From Pseudomonadota bacterium (GTDB lineage: Bacteria; UBA10199; 2-02-FULL-44-16; DYJF01): DNA of 64,000 bases. Numbering within the stretch: position 1 is the first letter of the stretch; every line of letters begins with the position of its first letter. The position numbers and the translations under genes were made by a program. Positions 31,128-40,657 of this stretch are shown here, in pieces. The notes below the pieces were generated by a model that had not been told where the DNA came from, ran no database searches, and saw only the letters and a list, made by a program, of their open reading frames with translations. Location: NCBI GenBank assembly GCA_043823065.1, contig JBDRBB010000009.1, forward strand, positions 76,933 through 140,932. Reading direction: 5' to 3'.

Positions 31128-31139
31128 ATAGGCAATAAC

Positions 31140-31970
31140 ATGTTAGTTAAAAAATCATCCCCGTATTTGCCTGAACTGGCCGTAATTAATCGGGCGGAAA
31201 TGCTCACTGCTACTGAGCGTTTTTTTGAAATAGAGTTTAAATCTGGCCGAGATTTGGATCATAAGCCAGGCCAGTTTGTAGAAGTTTCTGTATTTGGTGT
31301 TGGCGAAGCGCCTATTTCAGTTAGTTCTTCTCCCACCCAAAAAGGTATGTTTGAACTGGCTGTGCGTAAAGTTGGTAATGTAACCACTGCTTTGCATAAT
31401 CTAAAAATTGGCAGCACCCTTGGCATTAGAGGACCTTTGGGCACTAACTTTCCAACAGATAATGTAAAAGGTCGCGACATATTAGTTATTGGCGGCGGTA
31501 TTGGTTTAATACCTTTACGTTCCTATATTCATTATATCTTGGCTAATCGCCATGAATATGGTCGCTTAATCATTCTGGCTGGGGCACGTGCTCCGCAAGA
31601 AAGGCTTTTTACCAATGAATTAGCAGCTTGGAATGCTGATAAAAATATAGAATTTTTAGAAACCTTGGATAAGGGTGATAAAAATTGGCAGGGTAATGTT
31701 GGTTTAATCACTACCTTAATCCCAAAAGTAGAAGTAGATCCTCAAAATATGACAGCTGTGGTTGTGGGCCCGCCCATTATGTATCGGTTTGTGATTAAAG
31801 AACTCTTGGATAGAAAAATAAACCAGGACGATATTTATGTTTCATTGGAACGCCGCATGAAATGTGGAATTGGCAAATGCGGCCATTGTCAAATTAATGA
31901 TATTTATTGCTGTAAAGATGGGCCGGTATTTAAGTATTCAGATATAGCTGGGCTAGAGGAAGCATTATGA
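31140..31970 (+). CDS. Group 3b hydrogenase gamma subunit (FAD/NAD(P)-binding, 2Fe-2S)
   Basis: PGQFV, GEAPIS, RGPLG, GGGIG and ERRMKCGIGKCGHC...C motifs. Confidence 0.9.
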   Translation: MLVKKSSPYLPELAVINRAEMLTATERFFEIEFKSGRDLDHKPGQFVEVSVFGVGEAPISVSSSPTQKGMFELAVRKVGNVTTALHNLKIGSTLGIRGPLGTNFPTDNVKGRDILVIGGGIGLIPLRSYIHYILANRHEYGRLIILAGARAPQERLFTNELAAWNADKNIEFLETLDKGDKNWQGNVGLITTLIPKVEVDPQNMTAVVVGPPIMYRFVIKELLDRKINQDDIYVSLERRMKCGIGKCGHCQINDIYCCKDGPVFKYSDIAGLEEAL

Positions 31971-32722
31971 GCAAACCAACTGTAGCTTTTTTTGATTTTT
32001 CCGGATGTGAAGGAGATCAACTTCAAGTTGCCAATTTAGAAGAACAATTGCTTGTTTTAAATGACTTAGTGGAAATTGTTGGGTTTCGGGAAATTTATGA
32101 TGGGAAAGCTGAAGAATATGATATTGCTTTTATCGAAGGATCTTGTGTTCGTAAATCTGATGAAGCAAGGTTAAAGCAAATTAGAGAACGAGCAAAATTC
32201 GTGGTGGCTATTGGCGCCTGTGCCACTATTGGTGGTATTAATAGTTTAAAAAATGCTCAATCTGAAGAAAAAGTTCGAAAACTAGTTTACGGAAAAAAAG
32301 CAGATTTGTTTGAAAGCTATCCAGCTCGGCCCATAGATGCGATAATTAAAGTTGATTGCAAAATTCATGGCTGTCCAATTCGCAAAGAGGAGTTTCTGGA
32401 AGCGTGCAAGGCCTTGTTAGCCGGGCAAAAATATGAGCCGCCCAATTATCCGGTTTGTGTGGAATGTAAATTAGCGGAAAATATCTGTGTGTTTGAAAAA
32501 GGAGAAACCTGTGTGGGACCGGTTACCAGGGCAGGGTGCAAGGCTTGTTGTGTTACTCAAGGGGCAATTTGTTGGGGTTGCCGGGGGCTGGTTGATGATC
32601 CAAATATAGATTCGCATAAAGAGGTGTTGGAAAAATATGGTTTAAAAGCAGAAGACTTAATCAATAAATTTAATTTATATTTTAAGTGGCAGGAGGATGT
32701 AAATGCCGACCAAGGATCTTAA
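31967..32722 (+). CDS. Group 3b hydrogenase small (delta) subunit
   Basis: GCEGDQ, IGACA, HGCP, VCVEC, CVGPVTRAGC and CWGCRG motifs. Confidence 0.9.
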   Translation: MSKPTVAFFDFSGCEGDQLQVANLEEQLLVLNDLVEIVGFREIYDGKAEEYDIAFIEGSCVRKSDEARLKQIRERAKFVVAIGACATIGGINSLKNAQSEEKVRKLVYGKKADLFESYPARPIDAIIKVDCKIHGCPIRKEEFLEACKALLAGQKYEPPNYPVCVECKLAENICVFEKGETCVGPVTRAGCKACCVTQGAICWGCRGLVDDPNIDSHKEVLEKYGLKAEDLINKFNLYFKWQEDVNADQGS

Positions 32723-34004
32723 TATTGATATTCATTATGTGACCCGGGTTGAAGGGCACGGCAATATTGTTGTTAATGCTAAAAATGGAAAAATTGAAAA
32801 TATTGAATGGCAAATAACTGAAGCGCCGCGTTTTTTTGAAGCAATGGTGGTTGGTCAAAAATGGGATGTAGTGCATCATATTACTTCTCGTATTTGTGGA
32901 ATTTGTTCCATTGCCCACAGCTTGTCTTCACTTAAAGCCACAGAAGCTGCCTTAAGCATAAAAATTTCTGAGCAAACTGCTAGATTGCGCAGAGTTGCTA
33001 TTCATGCGGAAAACCCGCAAAGCCATATTTTACATATTGGTTATCTGGCCTTGCCAGATTTAATGGGCGCTCCTTCTGTTTTACCTTTGGCAAAATCTTA
33101 TCCAGAAGAAGTTAAAACCATTGTTCGTTTGCATCGTTTAGCTAATAAAATGAGTGACCTAACTTGTGGGAGGACTACTCATCCACAAAGGTTGATTCCA
33201 GGAGGTTTTACTAAGCTGCCTACATCTGAAGAATTAATTAATTTGCGGGAAGAGATTTTAAAGGCAGAAGAAGATGTTATTGTTGTAGCGCAGGTTTTAA
33301 AATCTAAACTGCATGTTTTTCCCAAATTTGAGCGAGAAACAGAATACGTGGGAACCATTCATGATGATGAATATGCGCTTTATGATGGAGATCTGGCTTC
33401 TACAGATGGTGGTCGTGATCCTGTTAAAAAATATTTAAGCTGGACTAATGAATATATTGTTCCTCAATCTACAGCTAAATTTACCAAGCGTAAAAGAGAT
33501 TCATTAATGGTCGGTGCTTTGGCTCGTTACAATATTAATCATAAGCTGCTAACTAATGATGCCAATCATCTGGCCAAATTATTAGATTTGAAAGCACCAT
33601 GCTATAATCCTTTTTTTAATACCGTGGCTCAACTGGTTGAATGTATGCATTCTTTTCAAGACTCAGTACGGTTAATAGATGAACTCTTAAAAGATGGGCT
33701 TAAGGAAGAAAAACCAAAAATAAAAGTTAGAGCTGGTCATGGAGTAGGCGCTGTTGAAGCTCCTCGCGGTATTTTAATTCATGATTATGAATATGATAAA
33801 CATGGCGTATGCAAAAGGGCCAATTCTGTTATTCCCACTAACCAGAATCATGCCAATATCCAAAAAGATATGGAAGTTTTTCTGCCGCAAATAATTGCTG
33901 AAAAAACCAAACCAGAAATAGAACTTGCCCTAGAAATGCTGGTTCGTGCTTATGATCCTTGCATATCTTGTTCTACTCATATGCTAAAAGTGGAATTTAA
34001 GTAA
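32703..34004 (+). CDS. Group 3b [NiFe] hydrogenase large (alpha) subunit
   Basis: TRVEGHG; L1 RICGIC; L2 DPCISCSTH followed by a short cleavable tail. Confidence 0.93.
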   Translation: MPTKDLNIDIHYVTRVEGHGNIVVNAKNGKIENIEWQITEAPRFFEAMVVGQKWDVVHHITSRICGICSIAHSLSSLKATEAALSIKISEQTARLRRVAIHAENPQSHILHIGYLALPDLMGAPSVLPLAKSYPEEVKTIVRLHRLANKMSDLTCGRTTHPQRLIPGGFTKLPTSEELINLREEILKAEEDVIVVAQVLKSKLHVFPKFERETEYVGTIHDDEYALYDGDLASTDGGRDPVKKYLSWTNEYIVPQSTAKFTKRKRDSLMVGALARYNINHKLLTNDANHLAKLLDLKAPCYNPFFNTVAQLVECMHSFQDSVRLIDELLKDGLKEEKPKIKVRAGHGVGAVEAPRGILIHDYEYDKHGVCKRANSVIPTNQNHANIQKDMEVFLPQIIAEKTKPEIELALEMLVRAYDPCISCSTHMLKVEFK

Positions 34005-34007
34005 TAT

Positions 34008-34187
34008 TTGGGGACGTTTCCCCCCTTGTTAACCTGTTAAAATCATTGCCAAATATCAAACGAATTGAAATAATCAAAATATTGGAAATAACAAACAAAT
34101 AAAAATAAATGGAAATAACAAAAATTTCAAGTCGCTGATTATTCGTGAATAATTTTAAATAGTTAGCTAGGGGGGAAACGTCCCCAA
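34008..34187. mobile_element. 180-bp MITE-like element with perfect 18-bp terminal inverted repeats
   Basis: TTGGGGACGTTTCCCCCC (34008-34025) and its reverse complement (34170-34187) flank an AT-rich non-coding core. Confidence 0.65.
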
Positions 34188-34193
34188 TTAGAA

Positions 34194-34667
34194 GTGTTTA
34201 TGAAACCAATAGCTATTATCGGGGTGGGCAATTATTTGCGCCAGGATGAAGGTGTGGGTATTCATGCTACCCAGTTATTGCGAAAAAAAATAAAGCGCGC
34301 AGATTGTGAAATTATTGATGCAGGTGTGCCATCTGTGGCTTTGCTGCACATGTTGGAAAACAGAAGTTTAGTGATTATTGTTGATTGTGCTGATTTTGCT
34401 GGCCAGCCAGGTGAAATTAAGACCTTCCAACCTGAACAAATAAAACATGAAGAAAAAAAGGAAATTTCCCTTCATGCCACAGATTTAATGACTGTTTTTG
34501 AAATGGCCAAATCTATGGGTATAAGTTTGCCGTCTATTTTTATTATTGGTATCCAGCCAGAAACAGTTGAGCAGGGAATGGAGCTTTCAGAGCCAGTTCA
34601 AAAATCTCTGCAAAACTTGCCTGATCTTGTGAAAAAAATATTAGAAGAAAAAATAATTAGACATTAA
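34194..34667 (+). CDS. Hydrogenase maturation endopeptidase (HycI/HybD family)
   Basis: GVGNYLRQDEGVG, IIVDC, SLH and IGIQP motifs. Confidence 0.92.
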   Translation: MFMKPIAIIGVGNYLRQDEGVGIHATQLLRKKIKRADCEIIDAGVPSVALLHMLENRSLVIIVDCADFAGQPGEIKTFQPEQIKHEEKKEISLHATDLMTVFEMAKSMGISLPSIFIIGIQPETVEQGMELSEPVQKSLQNLPDLVKKILEEKIIRH

Positions 34668-35031
34668 GCTTTTTAGTGCATTCATCGCAAATACCATGGG
34701 TAAATTGCAATTTAGAAGTGTCATTAAGATACATTTCAAAAGGAATCCATTTTTCATCCAGATTAATTTTTTTGCAATAAGCGCAGACCCGAATAAATCC
34801 TTCTAAATATTTGATTCTTTTTAAAGAAAGCCAGGATTGATAAATAATAAAGCAACCCAGAACTAAAACCAGCCAAGCTTCAGCCAAGCTTTCTCTAATA
34901 TTAAATGGAGTAGGTTCAGCTCCAAATAAGCGATTAGGCATATCAAAAATTTCATTTACAAAAAGCAAAACAATTACCGCTAAAAAACCAATTACTTCAT
35001 AAACGATAACCCTTGACCTAATATTTTTCAT
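34657..35031 (-). CDS. Small 2-TM protein with C-terminal CxxC...HxxCxxC domain (paralogue 2)
   Basis: CAYCKKI...FTHGICDEC; closely similar to 35041-35412. Confidence 0.75.
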   Translation of the reverse strand: MKNIRSRVIVYEVIGFLAVIVLLFVNEIFDMPNRLFGAEPTPFNIRESLAEAWLVLVLGCFIIYQSWLSLKRIKYLEGFIRVCAYCKKINLDEKWIPFEMYLNDTSKLQFTHGICDECTKKLNV

Positions 35032-35040
35032 AAAACCTCT

Positions 35041-35412
35041 TTAGCCAATCTTATTGGCGCATTCCGGACAAACACTATGCGTAAACTGAATTTTTGAGTG
35101 ATCCATGACATACATTTCAAAAGGGATCCACTTGTCGTCTATATGAATCCTTTTGCAATAAGCGCAGAGTTTTAAAAAACCTTCCAGATATTTAATTCGT
35201 TTTAAGGCAACCCAGGATTCATAGAAAACAAAACTAGCCATAACCAAAACCATACAAGATTCAGCTAAGCATTCTCTAATATTAATAGGTGTTTGCTGGG
35301 CTCCATATAGATGATAGGGAATGTCAAATATTTCATTAGCCCAGAGCATGGCTATAATTGCCAAAAAACCAATTATTTCAAAAATAATAACTCTGAGTTT
35401 AATGGTTTTCAT
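35041..35412 (-). CDS. Small 2-TM protein with C-terminal CxxC...HxxCxxC domain (paralogue 1)
   Basis: CAYCKRI...FTHSVCPEC; ATGA overlap with the rnfG stop. Confidence 0.75.
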   Translation of the reverse strand: MKTIKLRVIIFEIIGFLAIIAMLWANEIFDIPYHLYGAQQTPINIRECLAESCMVLVMASFVFYESWVALKRIKYLEGFLKLCAYCKRIHIDDKWIPFEMYVMDHSKIQFTHSVCPECANKIG

Positions 35413-36008
35413 AAAACCTCTCTTAAATTTTTTATAGCCAAATTTATGGCATCTACCACAGCTTTAGAAGAAATAGTAGCTCCAGTAATAGCTTCAATAT
35501 CGCCGCCATGTTGCTTTAAAGCCACTGGAGGTTGTTTGCCCTGAAATTGAATTTGAAAATAAGGTCTTAAATTTCTTTCATCTGGGCTAGTGCCACTTAC
35601 TACTGTTTTCCAGGTTTTTTTTGACAACACTTCTGAAATTTTGTCTCCTAAACCAGGCGTTTCTTTTTGATCTAAAACTTTGGTGCCTAAAATTTTGAAC
35701 TCTTTATCAACTCCCACCATCATTATAATAGGAGCAGCATAACCCATGGCTTCACCTTGCACAGCATAGCCGATAATTTTGCCAGCTTCGTTTTTAGCTT
35801 GATAATAAATTGGTAAATTAGAAGAAGCATCTTTTATGGGTATAAATTCTTTGGCTTCAGGCAAGACCCATTTTAAGGCTTGTTCTGTCTCTTTCTGGGC
35901 CAAGGCTTTTTTTACAGGTGCGGTTAAAGAATAAAGCCCGGCTAAACTAACAGCTGAGAGGCAACCCACAATAGTTAAGACTAAAGGAAATTTAAGCCAA
36001 TTTGGCAT
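35409..36008 (-). CDS. rnfG: Rnf complex subunit G (FMN-binding)
   Basis: N-terminal TM, ETPGLG and AITGATIS flavinylation motif. Confidence 0.9.
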   Translation of the reverse strand: MPNWLKFPLVLTIVGCLSAVSLAGLYSLTAPVKKALAQKETEQALKWVLPEAKEFIPIKDASSNLPIYYQAKNEAGKIIGYAVQGEAMGYAAPIIMMVGVDKEFKILGTKVLDQKETPGLGDKISEVLSKKTWKTVVSGTSPDERNLRPYFQIQFQGKQPPVALKQHGGDIEAITGATISSKAVVDAINLAIKNLREVL

Positions 36009-37062
36009 GTGTTTCTCCGAAAAATTTAGGTTGGCATAATCGATCAATTAACCAAACAAAAGTATTCATAATTAAAATAGAATAGCAGACTCCTTCTGGA
36101 TAGCCACCATATAGTCTAATTACCGCTACTAAGAGTCCACAACCAATACCAAATATTACTTGGCCTTTACTGGTTAAAGGAGAAGTAACCATATCTGTGG
36201 CCATGAAAAACGCGCCAATAATCAAGCCTCCAGAAAATGCATGAGCCAGGCTGCGTTCCAAAACCAAACTTGGTTCTGCCCAGAAACCTGGTTGCCAAAA
36301 ACCTAAAAGGTTTCCAAATTGATCGTGAAAAGGAAGCAAGACTACCATGATCATCACAGTTAGGACATAAGAAAGAGGCAGGCGCCAGTTAATAATGCGC
36401 TTGATAATTAAATAAACTCCGCCAGCAATTAAAGCCAGAGCTGAAGTTTCGCCAATTGAACCAGGTATTCTGCCAGTTAGTAGATCCCAAAGATTATAAT
36501 GATTAAAAATAGTTAAGGGCGAATTTTGCAGCACAGCACAAGGTGTAGCCTGAGTGATGGCATCGATTGAACTGTTAATATTGCCCACAAATATTTTTTT
36601 CAAAATAGGCCACTGGGGCATGACAATTAAACTTGAATAAGCAGCTAAGAGAAACGCCCGAGCAGCTAAAGCAGGGTTCCAAATATTCATGCCCAAACCG
36701 CCAAAAGCATGTTTGACAATGCCAATGGCAAACGCGCTTCCTACGATAGGAATATAAAATGGAACATTAGGAGGAAGGATAAAAGCTAAAAGCAGGCCAG
36801 TTACCACAGCACTGCCGTCATAAATAGTAATTTCCAAACCCCGAAATTTTTGGATTATTGCTTCAGTTAAAATAGCTGTAGCTACAGCTAGGCCTGTAAT
36901 TAAAATTGCATACCAGCCAAAATTAGCCCAAGCAGCCATGAGTGCTGGCATTAAAGCAATAACCACGCTCCACATAATCTTGGGGATATCATTCTTATCT
37001 GTAAGATGAGGGCCTGGACCGACCATTAAATTCTTGGGAAAATTGGGAAAATTCTTAATCAT
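35992..37062 (-). CDS. rnfD: Rnf complex subunit D
   Basis: DGSAVVTG, FGGLGMNIWNPA, TQATP, GETS, FFMATD and YPEGV motifs. Confidence 0.92.
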   Translation of the reverse strand: MIKNFPNFPKNLMVGPGPHLTDKNDIPKIMWSVVIALMPALMAAWANFGWYAILITGLAVATAILTEAIIQKFRGLEITIYDGSAVVTGLLLAFILPPNVPFYIPIVGSAFAIGIVKHAFGGLGMNIWNPALAARAFLLAAYSSLIVMPQWPILKKIFVGNINSSIDAITQATPCAVLQNSPLTIFNHYNLWDLLTGRIPGSIGETSALALIAGGVYLIIKRIINWRLPLSYVLTVMIMVVLLPFHDQFGNLLGFWQPGFWAEPSLVLERSLAHAFSGGLIIGAFFMATDMVTSPLTSKGQVIFGIGCGLLVAVIRLYGGYPEGVCYSILIMNTFVWLIDRLCQPKFFGETHAKLA

Positions 37063-37075
37063 AAAAGCTATGCTG

Positions 37076-37151
37076 GACCATAGACCAATAACCATAGACT
37101 ATTGACCCAAGACTAAAAGGGTCAATGGTCCATAGTCTATGGTCTATGGTC
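37076..37151. repeat. Heptamer array family A at the rnfC/rnfD junction
   Basis: gaccatagaccaataaccatagactattgacc...ggtcaatggtccatagtctatggtctatggtc. Confidence 0.8.
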
Positions 37152-38462
37152 GCTCTTTCTCTTTTGTTCCCTCTTCTGGGCTGCTTCGAATTTTGCCTGT
37201 TTAACCAGTTGTACTAAAGGTCGTTTTGCCGGACAAACAAAACAACAAGTGCCGCATTCCATGCAGTCAAAAACATGCAGCTGGTCATAATCAACAATTT
37301 GTCCTGCTTCAATAGCCCTGGCCATTTCTGAGGCCATGCCACTTAAAGGACACACTTCAATACATTTGCCGCAGCGAATACAAGGGCCACTTAAAAAACT
37401 AGGCAATTTTTCAAAAGCCAAAATTCCTGACATACCTTTGACCACAGGGATAAATGGATCTGCAATAGCAATACCCATCATTGGTCCGCCCAAGATGATT
37501 TTTTTGGTGTTTGGCGAAATTCCGCAATACTCCAATAAAAGACCAATTGGTGTACCAATGGGCACCATAAAATTAGCTGGTCTAGCAATAGCATCACCAG
37601 CAATAGTAACTGTTCTTTCAATTAAGGGCTGGCAATGTTTGACAGCATTGGTTATGGCCCAGGCTGTGGCCACGTTTTGCACTACCACGCCAACATCAAA
37701 GGGCAATTTGCGTGGTGGAACTTTGCGGCCAGTTAATGCTTCAATCAATTGCTTTTCCGCGCCTTGGGGATATTTAATCTCTAGCATTTCCACTTGTAGC
37801 TCAGCACTAGCTTGAGCTTTTATTTTTTCATAAGCCTCTGGCTTGTTAGCTTCAATGCCAATATAAGCTTTTTTAGCGCCCACAGTTTTGAGAATAATTT
37901 GAATGCCTTCCACAATTGTTTTTGGTTGTTCAATCATTAAGCGGTGGTCAACTGTCAAATAAGGCTCACATTCCACGCCATTAATCACCACTGTATCAAT
38001 AGGTTTTTCTTTGGGAGGTTTAAGTTTGATGTGAGCAGGAAATGCCGCGCCACCCATGCCCACAATGCCTGCTTCAGCAATGATCTTGATAATCTCATCA
38101 GCGCTAAGTTTATGCCAATCGCGATCGCAAGGAATGCCTTGGGCCCATTGATTTTTATTATCATTTTCAATGATGATTTGTTCGCAAGATTTTCCTTGCG
38201 GGGTGATGGTATTTTCAATGCGCGCCACTTTTCCAGAAATTGAGGCATGCACATTAGCAGACATAAAGCCATCAGCTTTGCCAATGAGTTGGCCTTTGGC
38301 TACTATATCGCCTTTGCTAACCTGGCAAATAGCAGGAGCGCCAAAGTGCTGGCTTAAAGGAATGGCTACATAAGGAATTTCCGTAAATGGTTTTAACGGC
38401 AAGTCCTTTGTAGCTTCTTTCATTTCTGGAGGGTGAGCCCCGCCGATCTTAAATGTTTTCAT
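37137..38462 (-). CDS. rnfC: Rnf complex subunit C
   Basis: AGIVGMGGAAFP, ECEPYLT, YPQGAEKQL, GGPMMG and two 4Fe-4S motifs. Confidence 0.95.
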   Translation of the reverse strand: MKTFKIGGAHPPEMKEATKDLPLKPFTEIPYVAIPLSQHFGAPAICQVSKGDIVAKGQLIGKADGFMSANVHASISGKVARIENTITPQGKSCEQIIIENDNKNQWAQGIPCDRDWHKLSADEIIKIIAEAGIVGMGGAAFPAHIKLKPPKEKPIDTVVINGVECEPYLTVDHRLMIEQPKTIVEGIQIILKTVGAKKAYIGIEANKPEAYEKIKAQASAELQVEMLEIKYPQGAEKQLIEALTGRKVPPRKLPFDVGVVVQNVATAWAITNAVKHCQPLIERTVTIAGDAIARPANFMVPIGTPIGLLLEYCGISPNTKKIILGGPMMGIAIADPFIPVVKGMSGILAFEKLPSFLSGPCIRCGKCIEVCPLSGMASEMARAIEAGQIVDYDQLHVFDCMECGTCCFVCPAKRPLVQLVKQAKFEAAQKREQKRKSDHRP

Positions 38463-38472
38463 CGATAAAAGC

Positions 38473-38528
38473 GACTATTGACCATTGACCTCAAAGGGTC
38501 TTTGGTCAATTGTCTATGGTCTAAGGTC
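38473..38528. repeat. Heptamer array family A at the rnfB/rnfC junction
   Basis: gactattgaccattgacc...ggtctttggtcaattgtctatggtctaaggtc. Confidence 0.8.
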
Positions 38529-39347
38529 TGCCGGTTTTTTTACTGGCCATAACCCTTTTTCTTTACGTTCTATTCTAAAATTAACAATAGTATTTGTCGG
38601 ACATTCAGCTATGCATTTTCCGCAAGAGGTGCATTTTTCATAATCAATAATGGCCAAATTATTTTCAACATGTACGGCGTCAAATGGGCAAATATTTTCG
38701 CATCTTTTGCAACTAATGCAGCCTACCTTGCAAGCCATGCGGGTGTTTTTAGCTAGATCAACAGACTTGCAAGCTATGTGCACCATCTTTTTTAATGATC
38801 TTAAACTAAACAAATCCTTGGGACAGGCAGCCACGCATTTGCCGCAAGAAGTGCATTTTTCTTCATCAACCACAGGAAAATTATCAATTAGATGAATTGC
38901 GTCAAATGGACAAGCCTTTACGCAATCGCCAAAGCTTAAGCAACCATAAGGACAAGCTTTTTGCCCGCCTTGATACATGGCTGCAGAACGGCAGGTTGGC
39001 AAGCCATTATATTGAAAGCGGTTTTCTACTTCTTTGCCTGCGCAATGCAAAATTGCCACTTGTTTGTCCGCAACTTTGGCTTCCACGCCCATGATATCTG
39101 AAATTAAATGAGCCACTTCTTCGCCACCAGGAATGCAGCCAGTAACATCAGCAGAGCCATGCACGATTGCTTTGGCAAAACCTCCACACCCCGCCAGACC
39201 ACAAGCTCCGCAATTAGCGCCAGGAAGCGCTGATTCAATTCTTTCCACTCTGGGATCTAGTTGCACGTGAAAGACTCGCGAGGCAATGTATAAGCCGATC
39301 CCAAAAAGTACTCCAAGTGAACCTAATATTATTATTGGTGCTAACAT
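38514..39347 (-). CDS. rnfB: Rnf complex subunit B (polyferredoxin)
   Basis: LPGANCGACG..GC and multiple CxxCxxCxxxCP motifs. Confidence 0.92.
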   Translation of the reverse strand: MLAPIIILGSLGVLFGIGLYIASRVFHVQLDPRVERIESALPGANCGACGLAGCGGFAKAIVHGSADVTGCIPGGEEVAHLISDIMGVEAKVADKQVAILHCAGKEVENRFQYNGLPTCRSAAMYQGGQKACPYGCLSFGDCVKACPFDAIHLIDNFPVVDEEKCTSCGKCVAACPKDLFSLRSLKKMVHIACKSVDLAKNTRMACKVGCISCKRCENICPFDAVHVENNLAIIDYEKCTSCGKCIAECPTNTIVNFRIERKEKGLWPVKKPADLRP

Positions 39348-39348
39348 A

Positions 39349-39996
39349 TTATTGTCCGAGACCTGCAAAACCCATAAACGCCAAAGCCATTAAGGCTGCG
39401 CAAATAAAAGCAATAGGCACGCCTTTTAAGGCTGGTGGTACTTGAATTTGCTCTAGTTTTTCTCTAATGCCGGACATGGCAAACAAAACTAATAAAAAAC
39501 CAATTCCTCCGCCAAAACCTTGGAGCAAGGTCATTAAAAAACTTTCCCCACTTGAAAGCGAACTAAAATCTTTGATGTTAAGCAGAGCCACTCCTAACAC
39601 AGCGCAATTGGTAGTGATTAACGGCAAATAGATGCCCAGCGCCTCATACAAAGGAGGCACCACTTTCATTAAAAACATTTCTACGATTTGCACCAAAGTA
39701 GCAATAACCAAAATAAACACGATAGTTTGCAAAAAAGTAAAATCAAAGTTGGCAATAGGTTGATCTTGCCCGAAAAATTTATAAAACACGTTGCTGGTAG
39801 TTGGGGATAGTAAATATTGATAAATTACCCAAGTTACTGCTGAAGCCATGGTCATCACAAAAATAACTGCACAGCCCATACCTACGGCTTCTTTTTTCTT
39901 TTTGGAGACACCAAGGAATGGACAAAGCCCTAAAAACTTGGCTAGCACCATGTTGTTTATAAGAACAATTGAGACAAAAAGTAATATGTAGGACAT
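39349..39996 (-). CDS. rnfA: Rnf complex subunit A
   Basis: NNMVLAKFLGLCPFLG and LGIYLPLITTNCAVLG motifs. Confidence 0.93.
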   Translation of the reverse strand: MSYILLFVSIVLINNMVLAKFLGLCPFLGVSKKKKEAVGMGCAVIFVMTMASAVTWVIYQYLLSPTTSNVFYKFFGQDQPIANFDFTFLQTIVFILVIATLVQIVEMFLMKVVPPLYEALGIYLPLITTNCAVLGVALLNIKDFSSLSSGESFLMTLLQGFGGGIGFLLVLFAMSGIREKLEQIQVPPALKGVPIAFICAALMALAFMGFAGLGQ

Positions 39997-40006
39997 TTTA
40001 ATTAAT

Positions 40007-40067
40007 GACCATAGACTACAGACCATTGACCTTTAAGGTTTTAGTCTATGGTCTATTGTCAATGGTC
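40007..40067. repeat. Heptamer array family A at the rnfE/rnfA junction
   Basis: gaccatagactacagaccattgacc...gtctatggtctattgtcaatggtc. Confidence 0.8.
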
Positions 40068-40657
40068 TGTTGTTTTCGCCAATTTATGAAACCTATTAAA
40101 AGCGCAATTACAATAAACGCCCCTGGCGCCATAATCATTACTGCAGCTGGGGCAATTGGACCTATTGGACCGTAATAATCTGTAATTCTAATGTTAAGAA
40201 ACGTGCCACTGCCTATTACTTCCCGGAAAAAAGCAATAATGGTTAAGGCCAAAGTAAAGCCAGCGCCCATGCCTAAGCCATCTAAAATTGAGGGCCAGAC
40301 TTTATTTCTAGAAGCAAAAGCTTCTGCTCTGCCTAAAATTATGCAATTAACTACAATTAAAGGAATAAAAATACCCAAAGCCGCGTTTAACTCAGGTGTA
40401 TAAGCGCTCATGATCATTTCCACCATGGTTACGAATGTGGCAATAACTACAATAAAACAAGGGATGCGGATTTTAGAAGGGAAAAATCTGCCAAAAATTG
40501 AGATAATTGTATTGGAAGCAACCAAAACAAAAGTAGCAGCCAAGCCCATGCCAATGGCATTAACAATACTAGAACTCACGGCCAAGGCAGGGCATAAGCC
40601 TAAAAGCAAAATTAAAACCGGATTTTCTTTAAAAATACCTTTGCGTAATTCTTTCAT
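40046..40657 (-). CDS. rnfE: Rnf complex subunit E
   Basis: ENP...LGLCPALAV, IRIP and LIVVNCIILGRAEAFA motifs. Confidence 0.93.
   Translation of the reverse strand: MKELRKGIFKENPVLILLLGLCPALAVSSSIVNAIGMGLAATFVLVASNTIISIFGRFFPSKIRIPCFIVVIATFVTMVEMIMSAYTPELNAALGIFIPLIVVNCIILGRAEAFASRNKVWPSILDGLGMGAGFTLALTIIAFFREVIGSGTFLNIRITDYYGPIGPIAPAAVMIMAPGAFIVIALLIGFINWRKQQTIDNRP

Noticed and set aside
32703..34004. [NiFeSe] hydrogenase or other selenoprotein, given selCAB
   Set aside because: The L2 motif is DPCISC with Cys codons; the TGA-ending genes examined finish at natural ends or overlap the next start
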